From Callorhinchus milii (Eukaryota): DNA of 64,000 nucleotides. The translations under genes and the position numbers were made by a program. Shown in pieces: positions 61,401 through 64,000 of this stretch. Numbering within the stretch: the stretch's first letter is position 1; the number at the start of each line of letters is the position of its first letter. The notes under the pieces were generated by a model, which had not been told where the DNA came from, ran no database searches, and was given only the letters and a program-made list of their open reading frames with translations. The stretch covers positions 24,492,001 to 24,556,000 of the forward strand of contig NW_024704742.1 in assembly GCF_018977255.1 (NCBI RefSeq), read 5' to 3'.

Positions 61401-62109
61401 GAAGTAATTAAGTTAATTCATAAATGAACCAAACCTGGAGCTAAAGATTATATAAAACAACTACATTGCAAAGGAAAGAGAGCAGTCTATTCTGACATTG
61501 AAGAAAGGAAGACTGAGAGGAAATGGCTCGAGTGCGAGCAATTAACAATTAGTGACTTCCTGTTCTAGGCATGTGCTGTAGCTCTGCTAATGTTTTCCTC
61601 TGGTTCTCTGCTGCCCTCTGTGATGACCTTTCATGCCAGACTTTCCTTACACATGTAAGAGTGTCGTGATGGACTTTTTCTTTTCCTCTCCATGCTTTCT
61701 CCATCAAGCAGGAATTTCTTCGGCGTGATCCACGCGTTTGTGGGTTTCAATTGTTTTCAACCTAATTAAAAGCTTTCCAATAACACGCTTCAAAGTAAAA
61801 AGAAGTTGCCCTTCTTTTTAAAAACCGAGAGGGGCGAGAACTTTTTTGCGAGATTTGAAAAAAATAATTTCCATTTTGTAATGTAGTCCAAATTTTTCAT
61901 TTTCTTTCTCTCTCGCCTCTTTCTTTCCTTCCTGCATTCTTTGTCTCACTGTCTCTCTTACCCCCCCTTTTCTCTCTCACATATATAGAATTCTGGTTAT
62001 GCTATTTTAAGTGTGTTGATGGGTTTCTTGCATGTGCCAGACACCCGGCTGACCAAAAAACATTGCAACGTGTGGCTTGTTCTGATGCAACGACACCTTA
62101 TAATACTAA

Positions 62110-62230
62110 TTATAATAAGAATTATTGCATTTGATATAGCACTTTTCACGTCTTCTAGACGTCTCAAAGTGCTTCACAGAATATAATATAAAGTGAATTG
62201 ACTGTATATTTATGGGCGAAATGCGGCAGT
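62110..62230 (-). mobile_element. Deu SINE 3' fragment
   Basis: gcatttgatatagcacttttcacgtcttctagacgtctcaaag. Confidence 0.8.
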
Positions 62231-62938
62231 TCATCAAAGAGCTTTGGTTTCTTGTTCTGTTAGCTCTGCTTGTAGTCCATTTCCTATTTCCAGTGCCTAA
62301 CATTTGCCCTTTTACCTTGCTTTAAAAAAAAAGTCTTACATATCCTGTTTTCTTGTTATGAAGATATAGTCACTTGTGTTTGAATTTTATAGAAAGATTT
62401 AACCTCAAACCTTTCACTGTTTTACATGCTTGACTTCTCGTTCAGGAGAGAAATGTCCAGGTGTAGCCAAGCTTTCCTTATGCACCTGTTCATCAGATAC
62501 TCAGTAGACTAAACTAAAGCCCTCAAGTCTCTTAATTTACCCGTAGTTCTGATGACAGAGGTAATAAAGAGCTATCAGATTGGAGCAGAGACAATCTCCA
62601 ATCACTGAATCTCCGATTCCAATCATTCCTTTTGTTTAACAATGCAAAATCTAGTTAATTGGTTCTTGCAGATGGCTATTTCTGATCTATAATTGAACTG
62701 GGAATTCTATCAGACATCTTGGAGTAATGCCAAATCAGACCAGGTAATCTCTGTTAGTAGAATAAAATGTACTTTTGTGTGTTCGAAGCAGCAAATTGTA
62801 TTTGTGAATGATGATGAGGAAGAGCTGACCATTGATGGCGTCCTGTAACATTGCTGTTTGAAATTTTATGGACGCGTTATAACTGGGCTTCATTGTATCT
62901 GAGGATTTCCAGGGGAAGCCAGGAAACGTTTTTTTCTC

Positions 62939-63100
62939 ATAACATAACATGTAGGAACAGGAGTAGGCCATTCGGCCCTTCGAGCCTGCCCCGCCATTCA
63001 ATCATGGCTGATCATCTAATCTAACTCCAGCTAATAACCTGACCCTGCCTGATCCCCATATCCCTTAATCCCTTTAACAACAAGAAATCTACCTATCTCT
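62939..63100 (-). mobile_element. CR1 3' end fragment
   Basis: gaacaggagtaggccattcggcccttcgagcctgccccgccattcaatcatggctgatc; same family as 19209. Confidence 0.88.
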
Positions 63101-63343
63101 TTTTGAGGTGTGCCGTGGAATCTTTAACATACACCCGGACAGACAGAACCTTGGTTTAACATCTCATATAAAGGATGACGCATCTGACTATACAGCACTC
63201 CTAGCATTACATTTGACTGTCGGCTAGACTATGAACTCATTTACAGTCCAGCTTGAACCTTCTGACTCAGAGGTGAGAGTGTGAGTAACTGAACCTGTGG
63301 TGTTAAACATCATGTCGTTTCTGTAAGACAGCAGAAGAAACCG

Positions 63344-63925
63344 GTTTGCGGTCACCTCTAGCCATCTCACAATTGCGGGCACATTTTCACAGTCTCTTTC
63401 TTTGCATGCATTTCCATAAATCCCACCTACACGTGGAATTTCCAGATATAGATTGTTGGAGTGGATGTACACTCTCTCCCTGGAGGGACACATCCTGCTT
63501 ACCTAATTCCGGAAAAGCTCAGGCTGGCAAGAACCAAGCCTTGGGGACCCCTGCGTGCGCGTTGGGGTACTGCTGGAGTCTAACCAACTAAAACTGCATA
63601 GCTTGCCATTGAAATCGTTGTCTAGCAAGCTTTCCCACTGCTTGTCCAGCTAGGACCACCCTACCCGGTAGGGCTTTGGCTTGCAGGGTTAGCAGGAGCT
63701 GAGTAAGATGACTTCCTGCCCCGTGCCTGATCTTTCCTTCCAAGTTCCTTCCGATGAGACTGGCGATGCTGTCTGTCATCGGTCGTGTCCTGTAATACTG
63801 CGGACCTGCCTCGCTCGGGAACCAGATTACCAAGACTGCCACAGCTCGGTTCTGACATTCTGTTGCCAAACATGTCACCTGGGAGTCGGTTCAACTCCAA
63901 GAAGACCCTGCTTACCTTCCCCCTA
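63344..63925 (+). mobile_element. Vingi-like derived repeat
   Basis: tggagggacacatcctgcttacctaattccggaaa identical to 49524-49558; GVLLESNQLKLH and HLGVGSTP remnants. Confidence 0.65.
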
Positions 63926-64000
63926 TACAAGGAGCACAGTCGGTGAATTAACTAAAGCACAGTGTAGCACTGCACAGCAATTAAAACAAAATTAAATGCA

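Noticed and set aside
44432..64000. Further TMEM131L exons
   Set aside because: No segment recognised that matches the next expected peptide (recalled LHFQPSVLDFG); intron 3 appears to extend past the window

Overview
Vertebrate genomic DNA, by inference from a cartilaginous fish (the DeuSINE/L2/CR1 repeat set and (TTA)n-tailed SINEs suggest a holocephalan or shark). Two + strand genes lie in tandem, in the order known from human 4q31. The first is the 3' six coding exons of MND1 (2124-21994, reading frame intact across all splice junctions). The second is the CpG-island promoter and first three coding exons of TMEM131L/KIAA0922 (ATG 40606), whose large intron 3 runs off the window end. The rest is mostly retroelements: a young 5'-truncated L2 with an open RT frame, many older L2 pieces, a near full-length decayed CR1, several age classes of tRNA-headed Deu-domain SINEs, an old Vingi-like LINE-derived family and Penelope-like fold-back relics. 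I found no clearly new gene system. The best second-look items are: (i) a young SINE inserted into the TMEM131L core promoter, which is bracketed by mirror-oriented G-rich tandem arrays showing a CpG-decay gradient; (ii) a perfect 113-bp inverted templated insertion and an exact 32-bp MND1 exon copy inside an intron; (iii) a C-G / U-G / U-A covariation series in the shared L2/SINE 3' stem-loop; (iv) a Vingi-derived family with a shared 5' boundary; (v) minimal hammerhead-ribozyme relics. Family names and human comparisons come from recall, not database searches. Repeat boundaries are approximate.
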